From Candidatus Cloacimonadales bacterium (GTDB lineage Bacteria > Cloacimonadota > Cloacimonadia > Cloacimonadales > JAFGVF01): DNA of 64,000 nucleotides. The notes under the pieces are model-generated. The model ran no database searches. It saw only the letters and a list, made by a program, of their open reading frames with translations, and was not told the DNA's origin. Numbering within the stretch: the stretch's first letter is position 1; each line of letters begins with the position of its first letter. Position numbers and translations under genes: made by a program. Where the stretch lies: positions 672,001 through 736,000 of the forward strand of contig OY762964.1 of NCBI GenBank assembly GCA_963667035.1. Reading direction: 5' to 3'. Positions 51,300 to 62,417 of the stretch are shown here, piece by piece.

Positions 51300-52034
51300 C
51301 TAATCAATATTGTAATCCACAAGTTCATACTCAATTAGGAAATCTTCACTACCATTATCTTTATATAAAATCTTTACTAAGCCAACATTCTCGGCATAAT
51401 AATAATATCTAACAAATCCGTTATCAATATTGGAATCGAAGTCACCAACAAACTCATAGTTCTCTCTATAGACTATACAATTGAAGACTCCAGCCGGTGT
51501 AGTTATTTTCAAATCTTTGCTGTTACATTTCATAATATCATAGAAAGTTCCGGGTTGTCCTTGATTATCTTCTAGAACATTATACATTAAAACCCATTCC
51601 TCTTCATAAGCTATTGGGTATTTAGCAATTAAATATGATGCAAAGTTATCCCCTCCGGTAAAATGCTTATATTTACTAGAAAGAATCTTATGCTTTGTTT
51701 TCATCCCGAGTAAGCTGTAAGGTTTTTCCGTACTTTTATCCCAGCAGTAGACTAATCCTTCCTCAGTCTGCTTTGCTAACATATTGTTTATTCCTTCATT
51801 ACTGGACCAAGTTACTTTAGACCATCCTGCTTGCCCGTCTGCACCTACTTTGTGGGATGAAATATATCTCAAAGTATCAACACTATTATTATATACTGTA
51901 TTCACTACCCAATAATTTCGTTCATTAAGTGAGAAAAAAGGCTTAAAACTTTTTGGCTCCGGCTTTGTGATACTTCTCTCACATCCACTTAGAACTGTTA
52001 ATAACAACAGTAATATACCTAAAAACTTATACAT
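51300..52034 (-). CDS. Lipoprotein of unknown function
   Basis: Lipobox LSGC; ITTPAGVFNC...YYAENVGLVK motif; GGAGG RBS before ATG 52034. Confidence 0.8.
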   Translation of the reverse strand: MYKFLGILLLLLTVLSGCERSITKPEPKSFKPFFSLNERNYWVVNTVYNNSVDTLRYISSHKVGADGQAGWSKVTWSSNEGINNMLAKQTEEGLVYCWDKSTEKPYSLLGMKTKHKILSSKYKHFTGGDNFASYLIAKYPIAYEEEWVLMYNVLEDNQGQPGTFYDIMKCNSKDLKITTPAGVFNCIVYRENYEFVGDFDSNIDNGFVRYYYYAENVGLVKILYKDNGSEDFLIEYELVDYNID

Positions 52035-52124
52035 GACTCCTCCCGTTTTTCTACGCAAATCAAATTATAGAAGACGTTTTCTTACTGGCAAGAAGAATTT
52101 ATTGATACAAATAAAGTTATGCAA

Positions 52125-53423
52125 CTATCTGAATAAAATCACTTTTTTGATTATCTTATTATGGTTGGATTCTAGTCTGCATAAATAAATACCTGAAGGA
52201 CATTGTCTGTTGTTTTTATCCACTCCATTCCAAATGATTTCTTTTGCTTTTATGCAATTGAAGCTTCTAATAACCTGTCCCTTGATGTTATAGATAGTTA
52301 GTATTGAAGTATCACTTATTTCATTTGTTATCTTTATTGTAGTGTTACTGTAAAATGGATTAGGGAATAAAGAAAGGTTAAGATTGTTAATTGATGCAAC
52401 AATTTCATTAATTCCTGCAACCGGAGAGTAGGGAGGATGAAAAGGGAATCCATTGTTCTCATTAGAGTCAATATTCCAAAGGTCAATTTCTCCGTTCTCT
52501 GTTTCATTAATAAAATCCCATCCTAAGTATAAATACGAAGAGATATCTCTCATTTCTTGCTCATTCAAATCCATTACATTTACTACACTCCCTATTGTAT
52601 TAGCCGGTACTGCTCCTGTTACAGGATTATTACTGTTCCAGACGCTATTAGCAATAGAACCTTCATTTTGTCCTGATAATGAATAAGCATTTCCGGAACT
52701 ATTGTTTATAAATGCGTATGAATTAACTAACTCTGATAGTGGATTGTTGATACCAACCAAACCACCACAATTCCCTAATGAGTTATTGATACACCCCATG
52801 TAGTAGCAATCACTGACCAATGAATCGGAACTGAAGCCTACTATTCCACCGCAAGCATAGAATGCACCTGAGATATCCAGATGACTTGAACACTGTTGTA
52901 TTGTTGTACCATTATTAATTGTTGAAACTATTCCTCCGCAATAGTAGTTACCGATTATAACACCGTCAACATGACAGTTAACTATTTCAGAATTGGTTGC
53001 CGATACGGCTATACCACCAGTATTGCCATTAGTAGTAGTAGTGAAACTGATATTAGATAGTGTCAGGTTCTTGATAACAGAGTCTTCAATTACTCCAAAT
53101 AATCCTGTTATTGTACCTATGTTTATTGATAGGTTAAGAATTGAATAGCTATTCCCATCATAAATTCCTTTAAAGGGTATTGACCATGAACCTATCGGAT
53201 GATAAACTGAACCCTGCTCATTCTCAAAAGAAATATCGCAAGTTTGTATGAAATGGAGTTCATCATCCCATATATTCATGTTTGTACTTAACCATTCTAC
53301 GTTCTCCCAACAACTAATTCGGTATGGGTTTTGTTCTGTTCCGTTTCCGGTAGGCATTATTGATTCTGCATACACAAGAGTTGAAGTGAAAAGGACAATG
53401 ATTACTATTAGTTGTTTAAACAT
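52125..53423 (-). CDS. Secreted GLUG-motif protein with FlgD-Ig CTD (paralogue of 33379-35673)
   Basis: G.GT..NPY.I, GLFG, GGIA/GGIV/GGLVG, NNGFP, FPNPF tail. Confidence 0.85.
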   Translation of the reverse strand: MFKQLIVIIVLFTSTLVYAESIMPTGNGTEQNPYRISCWENVEWLSTNMNIWDDELHFIQTCDISFENEQGSVYHPIGSWSIPFKGIYDGNSYSILNLSINIGTITGLFGVIEDSVIKNLTLSNISFTTTTNGNTGGIAVSATNSEIVNCHVDGVIIGNYYCGGIVSTINNGTTIQQCSSHLDISGAFYACGGIVGFSSDSLVSDCYYMGCINNSLGNCGGLVGINNPLSELVNSYAFINNSSGNAYSLSGQNEGSIANSVWNSNNPVTGAVPANTIGSVVNVMDLNEQEMRDISSYLYLGWDFINETENGEIDLWNIDSNENNGFPFHPPYSPVAGINEIVASINNLNLSLFPNPFYSNTTIKITNEISDTSILTIYNIKGQVIRSFNCIKAKEIIWNGVDKNNRQCPSGIYLCRLESNHNKIIKKVILFR

Positions 53424-53659
53424 TCTACACCTCCTATACAGTTTTTATAACTAACAATCTGTCATGTCTAATGTCAAGTTGTAAATTATTAAATAGACAA
53501 TAAAATACTATATTTAACTATGTTTTCTGTTTTGCTTATAATTAGTTCATGCTTGTAACAAAACAATATTTATAAGACCGAATCTTTTGTTGCATAGTTT
53601 ATACTTCCTCGCTCAATTGTAAATGGTAATTTAAACATGTTAAGCATATCTGATAACTC

Positions 53660-54439
53660 TCACCATGTTAAAAAAGTAGGTGCAGAAGGTCTTACACTAT
53701 AACATGATTTGTCAGATATATTACGATTATCATTATCAAAAATAACGTCTAGACCTGTTACATCTTGCGTACTCATTGTTTCAAGGTAGCTTGTAAACAG
53801 AGAGTCGCTATGTGTTATTTTAACATAATGTGGAATACCGTTTCGTTGCTCCCAAAATGCATATTGATTAATCCTTCTCCCTAAGTTATTAGTGCTAATA
53901 GTGGAATCAGTAAAAGTAACTTGCGAAGATGTTGATAACTCAATTGCCTTTCTACTAAAATAGCTTGAGTTGTTAGTTGTTAAATGGATGTTCATCTCTG
54001 AGTAGAGTTCATTAATCTGCATGGGTAGTAGAAATAGTTTTGAATTATATAATGCACTCATAAAACAGCTTGTATCGTAAATCTCTAAGTCTTGCATGTA
54101 GAATACTCTTGCACCATTATATTGCTTATCAACAAGCTCTTTAGGTGTATGCCTTGTCCAGAAACCAATACTATCTGAGGGTAGTATCTCTCGAAGAACA
54201 TAATAGGCTGAATCGGAACAAATTTTTGTGAAAAGGCTGTCCCAGAGTGTTTTTACTTCAATCTCATATTGATTCAGTGTCGGTGTTGTAGTTATATGAG
54301 CTATTTCTGTAATTCGAGGGTCTGTAGATCTTATTGCTAACTGATCTCCTACATAGTTCAATTCCTTTAAATAACTAGATTCTGATAGTAATAGTAATGT
54401 ACAAGCTATTACTAATAATATTAGAAACGTTTTCTTCAT
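53660..54439 (-). CDS. Secreted hypothetical protein (possibly 3'-truncated)
   Basis: Signal peptide MKKTFLILLVIAC..; GAGG RBS; no recognised motif. Confidence 0.55.
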   Translation of the reverse strand: MKKTFLILLVIACTLLLLSESSYLKELNYVGDQLAIRSTDPRITEIAHITTTPTLNQYEIEVKTLWDSLFTKICSDSAYYVLREILPSDSIGFWTRHTPKELVDKQYNGARVFYMQDLEIYDTSCFMSALYNSKLFLLPMQINELYSEMNIHLTTNNSSYFSRKAIELSTSSQVTFTDSTISTNNLGRRINQYAFWEQRNGIPHYVKITHSDSLFTSYLETMSTQDVTGLDVIFDNDNRNISDKSCYSVRPSAPTFLTW

Positions 54440-54708
54440 AGTTTCCTCTCTTTAAAATGTTTAAGAGTTAATGATTAATACTCTTCGTTAGTGGTTAACA
54501 AGTTAGGGATTAGCTACCAATAATAAACTGACTACACTCAACTACATTTTTCCTCCACATAAGTCAATGGGTTAATAATTAATAAAGATAAATAATTAGT
54601 AAAGTTATTTTTTATAAATGAAAGGATATTGCATAATATAATATCGATATATATCTACAAAGATGCACTTATACTGAATTGCGTAAGTTGACATAAAGAT
54701 AATGACAA

Positions 54709-54737
54709 CAAAAAAACCCCTGCAATTGCAGGGGTTT
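54709..54737 (-). terminator. Intrinsic terminator
   Basis: AAACCCCTGCAATTGCAGGGGTTT with A-tract (U-tract on the minus strand). Confidence 0.85.
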
Positions 54738-54757
54738 AATATATAATTGAGAAATTC

Positions 54758-57688
54758 TTATTTCATCATTATCATTTTATTTGTAGCTTGGAAGTCACCA
54801 GAAGAGAGTTTATAGAAATAAACACCACTGGAAACGGTTTGATTATTGTTATCTTTACCATCCCATAAAACACTATGACTACCAACTGTGAAGTTATCAT
54901 TAATTAATGATTTAATCTTTCTTCCTTTGATGTCGTAAATATCAATTTGGACATTACCGGCATCTTTCAAATCGAAGGCAATATTAGTTGTTGGGTTGAA
55001 AGGATTAGGATAGTTACCCACTAATCTGGTTGAAGTAGGAGTAACACCATGGTCATCATTGCCAACACCACCGGCACTATATATACCAATGTCATCAACC
55101 AAGAAAGCAAGGGTACCATCTGAAACACAGTGGATACCAACTCTGATTAACTGATCCTCATAATCGGCAAGACTAACATTGATGTTTGTCCAACCTTGAG
55201 GAACAGAAAGAGGTGTATCACCGGAAATCACTATGAAATCTTCAGGACTAGTAGATCCATTAGAAACAGCAACTTCGAATTGGTCTTGTCCGTATTGAGT
55301 AGTTAATGATCTAGCCCAGAAGCTTACATAAGGTAGGTTGTTGAGTTCTACTGGCTCAGAGATTAACCAGTCATCATTAGCAGTTGATTCTGCAGCAAAT
55401 GTTGCTAAACATACATTCCCGCTATGGGCTGTTTGGTATTCTTCCATAGGTGGGGTAGTACTTTGAGGATCAAATGTAATAAAAGGCATAGCTTCACCGG
55501 CACCCGGGAAGGTTGCACCAGCCATAGAATACGTTTCACTTTGATCTATGTCATAAGTTGTCCAAGGATAAGAAGCTGGTTGCCATAAAGACATTTCTTC
55601 TAAGTCATCCATGAATAAAGCAGGAATATCCTGTTCTTGAATAAGTACCGGTAATTGACCAAATTGGAAAGATTCGCCTTCACTATACACTGAACTGAAA
55701 GTATAAATGAATGAACCAAAATCGTGATCAGTAATTTGATATGTAGTTGTATTAGTTCCTTCTACAAATGAAACAAACTCACCATCTCTGTAGATGTTAT
55801 AACCTATATGATCTCTATCTCTATCATAAACTCTTCCTGCTTCTCCGCTAACATTACCATTGCTGTCAATTCGTTGAATTCTTACAGGATTGGGGATGCT
55901 CCAGCTCACGGTTAAATCCACAACATACTCAAGACCGTAACTGAATTGGGTTGGCGGATAAAATGGTCTATCAACAGTAACTTCTGCATTTACAACGTTA
56001 CATGGTATAGACTCTCCGGGATTAAAAAGAGCTTTAACGACAAAGTCATGCTGTCCGAGAGGAACATCAGTTACAATGTATTCTAAATCTGATATTAACT
56101 CATTATTGGTAGGTATTGTATTGGTATCCATGTATATATTATAACCCTGAACGAGTGTGTTCATTCCAAGGAAACCAACTTTTACATTATCAATTGCCCA
56201 ACCAGTTGCCCATCCGCCGTTATCATCTGAATGGAAACCAATTAGTACATTAGATTGATCCAAGTATTCACTCAAATCTATAGTAATTGTTTGCCAGCTA
56301 TCTGAACCGGTTAAAGCTAGAAGAACATCCCATGTTGTTCCTCCATCCAAGCTAATGTTTACTGATGCTAACTGATTATATTGAGCAGTGAAGAAACTGT
56401 CGAAACTTAATGCACAATCAATTAGATTCGTAAAGTCCATAGTTGGCATAACTAGCCAATCTTCAGAACCGTCAGAGACATCTTCTTCACTAGTTTGATT
56501 AGCATCGTCATTTGTGTATATGTAAGTTGTATGAGCTGGAATTGGGAAATACTGACTTGACCCATTAGAACTAATTTGCCACCCAACTGAAGCGTTAGTT
56601 GTTGCATTCCAGTCAGTAGGAAATCCGGTTTGGAAATCCTCTTCTATATTATATTCAGGCAAACCGGGAGGTGCCCATTGCAACCAAACCCAGTTACCGG
56701 CAACATCTTCTGATAGGTTAGCAGGAGGAAGTACTAATTCATCCATTTGGGCATTAACTGTAGCAGGATTATCAGGGTCAATATTTAGATCAGTTTCAAT
56801 ATAATCAACATATCCTTCATATTCAACTTGAATATCATAGATACCTTCGTACACAGGAAGTGCACATTGACCATTTTCATCGGTATGTGTAGAATAAACA
56901 TCAAGCATAATTGAATTAGCGTCAGTTGGAATAGCTTTTACTAATGCATTGGGAATAGTAACATTAGTATACATGTTAGTAGCTGTAACATTAACTGTAG
57001 AGTTTGGTCTGATATCTCCTCTAGTTGCTTGAATAATATCATAGTTACCTGAAGTTGATTGTACCATAACAACAATACTTAAATCAGTAACAGTCCAATT
57101 ACTATCAATAGTTAAAGATTGATTGTATTGAGCAACATCTCCGTTTGTAGTTTGAGTGAAATCTTGTGCTTCATATACTTCAACGGTACAGAAGTATTCT
57201 TCATTAATCTTCCTTGTAACCAAGAAAAAGATTTGATTATCAGGAGTAGTAACATCACCGGTCAAAGTTACATCTGCTATAACATTAATAGCAACATCAG
57301 TAATTGTATAATTGAATGTTAAATCAATGGGACTGTTAGTGGGCTCAATAGTATTATAATGAGCTAAATAACGTTCATAACAATCATTTCCCCCACCAAT
57401 TTCAGGAGTTGTACCCTGGAATTGCACATGTGGTATACCATCGACAGCATACATAGCAGCCCTTTCCATAACGCCCGGGCTAGCATCATCAGTGTCAGCT
57501 TCCCAGATTAGTGGTATAAAGTAAGGGGCATTTTCATCATTATCAAGTTCGAGCAGACCTGCTCGAGCATCAGGACAGAATCCTCAGGTGGATGCTGTAA
57601 ACAATTCTGCTACAACACCTATTTGAGTTGCACAGATAATTGCAAACATGCTGATAAAAACAGAAAGTAGTATCGTTTTCTTAAGCAT
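54758..57688 (-). CDS. Secreted Omp28/thioredoxin-fold selenoprotein (U35xxC38) with carboxypeptidase-regulatory-like, cleaved-adhesin and FlgD-Ig CTD domains, 976 aa
   Basis: AGGAG RBS + ATG 57688; MLKKTILLSVFISMFAIICA signal peptide; VVAELFTAST-UGA-GFCP in frame with the 903-aa ORF; SECIS-like hairpin immediately 3' of UGA. Confidence 0.88.
57545..57583 (-). promoter_or_regulatory. Bacterial SECIS element
   Basis: mRNA UGA-GGAUUCUGUCCUGAUGC-UCGAGCAG-GU-CUGCUCGA; perfect 8-bp inverted repeat at 57549-57566; apical GCAGGUCUGC matches the E. coli fdhF SECIS apex. Confidence 0.8.
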
Positions 57689-57908
57689 TTCTTATCTCCT
57701 TCTATGTTTATAGATATCCTTATCTCAAAGTTTCTTCTTTTCCTTCTGAATGTCAACGAAATAAGTTGACTATTATTTATTTCAAGCAAAAATCATTCCA
57801 TGCAACTATTGTTTACAAACTAAATCTACAGTACCGGATGACTAATTCTGTTTGTATTAAAAAGTGCTCTGCTTATTGCAGAGCATTATAAGATATAAAT
57901 TGATGTGT

Positions 57909-59567
57909 TTATTTTAGTAGAACCATCTTCTTGGTTTTAATGTAACTTCCACTTCGTAATTTGTAGAAGTATATTCCACTGGGAACTACATCCCCTGAAT
58001 CATTTTCACCATTCCAAACTACCGAGTATTGATTATTATCCGATACAAAACTGTTTGTGTCAAACGATTTAACGTTCTGCCCTAGCAGATTATACACTGA
58101 TAGTACCGTATTAGAAGGATTATCTGTTGTGAAGTATATTGTTGTTGTAGGATTGAAAGGATTAGGATAATTGCCTATTACTTCATTTTTGGTCGAGATA
58201 TTTTGCTCTTCGGCATTATTAGTCGCAGATGAATTAAGTAAAGTTAATCCTATTGATTGCTCAAAGTCCTCATTTAAGTTACTAATCTCAAGTCTGAAGT
58301 CAAGTGAATCAATGTTGGCAACATTGTCTGATAAACTAAAATCGAACATGTAATCAATTTGGTTTATACCGGGTGATATCAAAAAATAACCATTCATAAA
58401 ATCACTATCAAGTTGTACAGATTCATCATCAGAGTAGATTCGTATTTCAGGATAAACAAGGTCTACTCCTCCCGAATTTTCTATCTGTAAAACTACCGAG
58501 TTTATTCCTTCTGAGTTTATTACCCCTCCGTTTGATACAATATTGACGTTACTGATTTCGATAACCGGAGCATAAGCCGTGAATTCAATTGAACTCTGAT
58601 TTGATGCTGAGTTGTTAACATATGTGTAGTTTAGTCCGAAGGCAAACTCATTATCAATATCATTTGAAACAGTTAACACATAAGGGCCTATTTCAATAGT
58701 CTGATTACTTAAAACGTTGCTTACAGTCTCCTGAACATTGTTAAAGCTTATCTGGGGGAAGTAGTTGTTAATTGAGATAACCGCATCATTAGTTAAGTCG
58801 CTTCCAATGTTCTTAAGCAACAAACTAAAGGTTATAGTCTCACCGTATCCGATAACATCATCAATTCCGGAGTTAACAATAACATCGTCGACTATGATGT
58901 ATCCTTCGTTTAAATAGGGATGAGTGAAATCAAAGTTTACATTCAACACGGGATTATCGGGGGTTATCTCTAAGTAAGGTGATTCTTCTATAGAATCATA
59001 ACCACCGTACCACATTTCACCATTGAATTGTCCGTAATAAGTAAGTTTCAACTTGTAAAGCCCTGTATTCAGGTTTGAAAATGAAAACTGAGAGTTTGCA
59101 TCAAGTTCTACAAATCCATACGATATCTCATACTCTTCCGGATTTACATATTGATATAGATTTGCATTGAAGAAGGTTGTATCCTCAGGTATCTGATTCA
59201 AGTTTAAACTACCTTCAATAATTCCCATTGAGGATTGAATAGCTTCAACTTCAAATATAATATTAGTTATCTCCGAATCATCTGCTAAGTGTATATAGTT
59301 CTGATAATATCCTGCAAAATAATCATTAGAAAATCCGGAGTATACTCTATATGTACCCATTGTAGCATTCGTTATAGAAAAGCTACCGTTTGCATCTGTC
59401 ATGTCAACGAAATATACATTATCCCAAGGATTAGGATATGTTCTCTGTATAAAAACAAGGATGTTACTAACACCTGTTTGAGTATCTGCATCAATTACCT
59501 GTCCGGACACTATTGCCGAACTGAGGGTGAGAGGCAGTAACACAATAATAATTAACAAAATCTTCAT
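57909..59567 (-). CDS. Secreted protein with carboxypeptidase-regulatory-like and Ig-like domains and FlgD-Ig CTD
   Basis: Signal peptide; SGQV.DA.T, TDANGSF.I, GETI...L.LKN.G, NYPNPFNP tail; GGAGGT RBS before ATG 59567. Confidence 0.82.
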   Translation of the reverse strand: MKILLIIIVLLPLTLSSAIVSGQVIDADTQTGVSNILVFIQRTYPNPWDNVYFVDMTDANGSFSITNATMGTYRVYSGFSNDYFAGYYQNYIHLADDSEITNIIFEVEAIQSSMGIIEGSLNLNQIPEDTTFFNANLYQYVNPEEYEISYGFVELDANSQFSFSNLNTGLYKLKLTYYGQFNGEMWYGGYDSIEESPYLEITPDNPVLNVNFDFTHPYLNEGYIIVDDVIVNSGIDDVIGYGETITFSLLLKNIGSDLTNDAVISINNYFPQISFNNVQETVSNVLSNQTIEIGPYVLTVSNDIDNEFAFGLNYTYVNNSASNQSSIEFTAYAPVIEISNVNIVSNGGVINSEGINSVVLQIENSGGVDLVYPEIRIYSDDESVQLDSDFMNGYFLISPGINQIDYMFDFSLSDNVANIDSLDFRLEISNLNEDFEQSIGLTLLNSSATNNAEEQNISTKNEVIGNYPNPFNPTTTIYFTTDNPSNTVLSVYNLLGQNVKSFDTNSFVSDNNQYSVVWNGENDSGDVVPSGIYFYKLRSGSYIKTKKMVLLK

Positions 59568-59627
59568 GTTTACCTCCATTACACATAAGTTAATGATTTA
59601 GATTCAAACTCCAATATATATCTATAG

Positions 59628-59662
59628 AAAAAGGGAAGCACCGATTAATATTAGTGCTTCCC
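59628..59662 (-). terminator. Intrinsic terminator
   Basis: GGGAAGCAC...GTGCTTCCC with adjacent A-tract. Confidence 0.7.
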
Positions 59663-59681
59663 CAGATGCTTTAAATTTTAT

Positions 59682-60722
59682 CTACAGCTCAATAAGATTA
59701 TATTTTGTGTTTCCTAATCCTATCTTCTCGGCGTATTGCAACTGCTGAGTTCCACGGAAAGATTTACCTCTTTTCTTAATCTCATCCAAGCATGCTCTAT
59801 CTATTGCAACCGGATCTGACGAGATAAAGATACCAATGTCATCCATAATCGGTTTCATTTTCCTTGGTTCGCAATCACACCCTCTGGTAACGTTCATAAC
59901 AAAGTTGATATAGATGTTCTTTCTGCTATTATGTGCAGCAAAGGCGTACTCTACCAGTTTTTCTTTGAAATTGTTCCCTATTCCTATCATTCTGGTAATT
60001 CCTTTTAAAGAAATTATCGAAACGGCTTTATGTGGACAAATAGATACACATGCTCCGCACCCAACACATTTTGTGTGGTCTATGAATGATTTCTTACCAA
60101 TAGTGATTGCATCTTCATTACACCTTGTTTTACATAGATTACAACGTTTACATTTACTGTTTATTATATGAGGTTTCATTCCCATGTGCATTGCCATCTT
60201 GCCACCTTTGGAAGCCATTCCCATAGATAATTGCTTTATTGCTCCGCCAAAACCTGCTAGTGTATGACCCTTAAAGTGTGAGAGAACAATAAGTTGATTA
60301 TACTTGCTAAACTCAGCTCCAAGCTTACACATCTGAAAGTGTTTCTTGTCAATTCTCACTTCTTGAAACGCTTCTCCTTGTTCACCGTCGGCAATCACAA
60401 TGGGGAGTTGGGTGAATCCGTGTTCTTTGGCAGTTTTAATATGCAAGTCTCTTCTATGTCTTTGTCCTCCATACATTACACTTGTTTCAATATAACAGGT
60501 TTTTATATCTTTCTGATTTAGAAAGCCAATAATACTTTCATAATTCTCAGATTTAATAAATGTATGGTTACCCTTTTCTCCAAAATGGACTTTTAAAGGA
60601 ATCTCTGATTCTAAACTGCAGTTTTCCTTTTCAACAAATATTTCTAACAATCGTCGAGAAATTTTATTCACATTCTCTACAGAATTATCTCCATTAAAAC
60701 TTCTCCAATAAACATTCACCAT
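59682..60722 (-). CDS. DUF362 family Fe-S protein with 2x[4Fe-4S] ferredoxin insert
   Basis: KVHFGE.GN, SHFKGH..AGFGGAIKQLSMG, CKRCNLC/CVGCGAC..CP, CDC, S.DPVAID.A. Confidence 0.9.
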   Translation of the reverse strand: MVNVYWRSFNGDNSVENVNKISRRLLEIFVEKENCSLESEIPLKVHFGEKGNHTFIKSENYESIIGFLNQKDIKTCYIETSVMYGGQRHRRDLHIKTAKEHGFTQLPIVIADGEQGEAFQEVRIDKKHFQMCKLGAEFSKYNQLIVLSHFKGHTLAGFGGAIKQLSMGMASKGGKMAMHMGMKPHIINSKCKRCNLCKTRCNEDAITIGKKSFIDHTKCVGCGACVSICPHKAVSIISLKGITRMIGIGNNFKEKLVEYAFAAHNSRKNIYINFVMNVTRGCDCEPRKMKPIMDDIGIFISSDPVAIDRACLDEIKKRGKSFRGTQQLQYAEKIGLGNTKYNLIEL

Positions 60723-60813
60723 GTTTCCTCCAATCAGCTTTCAATGTATAGCAACTTCATCAATAAAAATATACTTCATTGGTTTAAACTTTTGATTCAG
60801 TTGTGTAGTGCAA

Positions 60814-61476
60814 CTATCTGCTAAAGCCACCACCTCCAAGTATTAACTTGATATAAGGTCCACCCATTCCGATTTTCGGTCCGTTAGGAAGGGATTGTTC
60901 AGCAATTTGCCAATTATCTTTGCTGAACGAAAGCATATAACCTCCTTGAATACCGTAAATTAAGCCGTTGTGAGTATAGATAGCTCCAAGGGCGATATCT
61001 CCTAAGAAAGTAGAATAATTAACACAACCTGACATCCCACTAAAGATAGCATTGTTGAAATATGCTCCATTCTCTGCAATCTCAAGTGTCATTCCACCTC
61101 CACCGATTCCTAGTTTTGGGTAGATACCGATATTCTTGTTTCTATATAGCATGTATCCCATATTTAGCATGCCATATCCTCCTGAATAAGTAACTTTTTT
61201 GGTCTGATCACTGTCCGAATTAGCTAGGATACCCTTACCTTCACCACCAATCATGAAGTTATCTATTATGCTGTATCCACCACCACCTATTGTATAAAAC
61301 ATGTCATCCAGTTTTAGTCCGTAGCCTGAATCAATGACGTCATTAAGTTCATCAATATCCATTGATTGAGTTCCAAACTCAAACCATCCGAATCCACCGT
61401 ATATTGATTTCCCACCGATTGCTAGCATAATTGAAGCAAGCGATAGTAGAATCACAATAATTAGTCCTTTTTTCAT
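60814..61476 (-). CDS. Gly-rich outer-membrane beta-barrel-like protein
   Basis: Signal peptide; Gly/aromatic alternating strands; last gene of a 3-gene operon. Confidence 0.65.
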   Translation of the reverse strand: MKKGLIIVILLSLASIMLAIGGKSIYGGFGWFEFGTQSMDIDELNDVIDSGYGLKLDDMFYTIGGGGYSIIDNFMIGGEGKGILANSDSDQTKKVTYSGGYGMLNMGYMLYRNKNIGIYPKLGIGGGGMTLEIAENGAYFNNAIFSGMSGCVNYSTFLGDIALGAIYTHNGLIYGIQGGYMLSFSKDNWQIAEQSLPNGPKIGMGGPYIKLILGGGGFSR

Positions 61477-61484
61477 TGCTCCTC

Positions 61485-61787
61485 CTAAGTATGAATCATT
61501 TCTTCGATTCTTTTTACATAATTTGTGAATGCTTCTTTTCCTTTAACGGATAATCTATACACTGTTTTGGGTTTCCTGTCGACAAATTTCTTTTCGGCTT
61601 CAATGTATTCCGCCTCTTCAAGTTTCTTTAAATGGATACTAATATTGCCATCCGTGGCTTTAACCAATTGTTTCAAAGTATTGAAATCTACGGCTTCTTC
61701 ACGTACTAATATTGATAATATGCTTAATCTGATGCGTGAATGTATCAGGTCATCAAGACTCTTGTAATTATAATCATTATCCGTCAT
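61485..61787 (-). CDS. Winged-helix transcriptional regulator (HTH_34, MarR/ArsR-like)
   Basis: LDDLIHSRIRL.I.S.L....DF..LK.....TDGN.S.HL.KLEEA.Y....K.F..RKP.T.Y.L...G. Confidence 0.9.
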   Translation of the reverse strand: MTDNDYNYKSLDDLIHSRIRLSILSILVREEAVDFNTLKQLVKATDGNISIHLKKLEEAEYIEAEKKFVDRKPKTVYRLSVKGKEAFTNYVKRIEEMIHT

Positions 61788-62391
61788 TCTCACTTACCTG
61801 CTTTTTTAGTAATGAGTTCATCTTCACACCCGGAAGAATTTGGAATAATATCATGGCTATTGCAAAGACTATGAAACTTTCCGGTTTGGGATAGAAGAAT
61901 AATCCCATTCCTGTTAACCACCAACCTATTGCAACAAATTTCATCCAGTTAAAACGATTTAGCTCTCCTGTTATAAAGTAAGCACTACCCAAAATTGTCG
62001 CTATTACGGGACATATTGCATAGGGAGTAATCATTCCACCCCACATTCCTGCAAATGGAGTAACAGACATCGTTATACCCGAAGCCAGCCATATTGCATT
62101 TAGTACTTTTGTGCTATGAGTATAAGTTATTTTCTTTGTCCTAAGCACTCCGGTGAATGATATAATCCAACCTATTGAGATTATACCACCCCATAAAAAA
62201 AAGAAGTACCAACCGCTTTTAATAGTTATGATTCCTTTTATGGGAAGGTAGTTCCCAAGCATACCAATCAACACGATTATTCCCCAAAGGATATAGTCAG
62301 CACCTCCGCTAAGAGTTTTCTTTCTATTGCTTTCTTCCAATATGGCTTTAATGTAAGCCAGATTTTCCATTGCTTCCTGTTTTTGATCCAT
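61777..62391 (-). CDS. Six-TM membrane protein encoded with the HTH_34 regulator
   Basis: A.ENL.YIK..LE N-terminus, WG motifs, six hydrophobic segments, PG near C-terminus; GGAGG RBS. Confidence 0.75.
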   Translation of the reverse strand: MDQKQEAMENLAYIKAILEESNRKKTLSGGADYILWGIIVLIGMLGNYLPIKGIITIKSGWYFFFLWGGIISIGWIISFTGVLRTKKITYTHSTKVLNAIWLASGITMSVTPFAGMWGGMITPYAICPVIATILGSAYFITGELNRFNWMKFVAIGWWLTGMGLFFYPKPESFIVFAIAMILFQILPGVKMNSLLKKQVSENDG

Positions 62392-62417
62392 ATTAACCTC
62401 CAACTAATTTTCAGATA

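Noticed and set aside
53570..53662. TGA readthrough at the end of ORF 53660-54439
   Set aside because: Only ~29 further codons to TAA; no UxxC/CxxU context and no hairpin seen.
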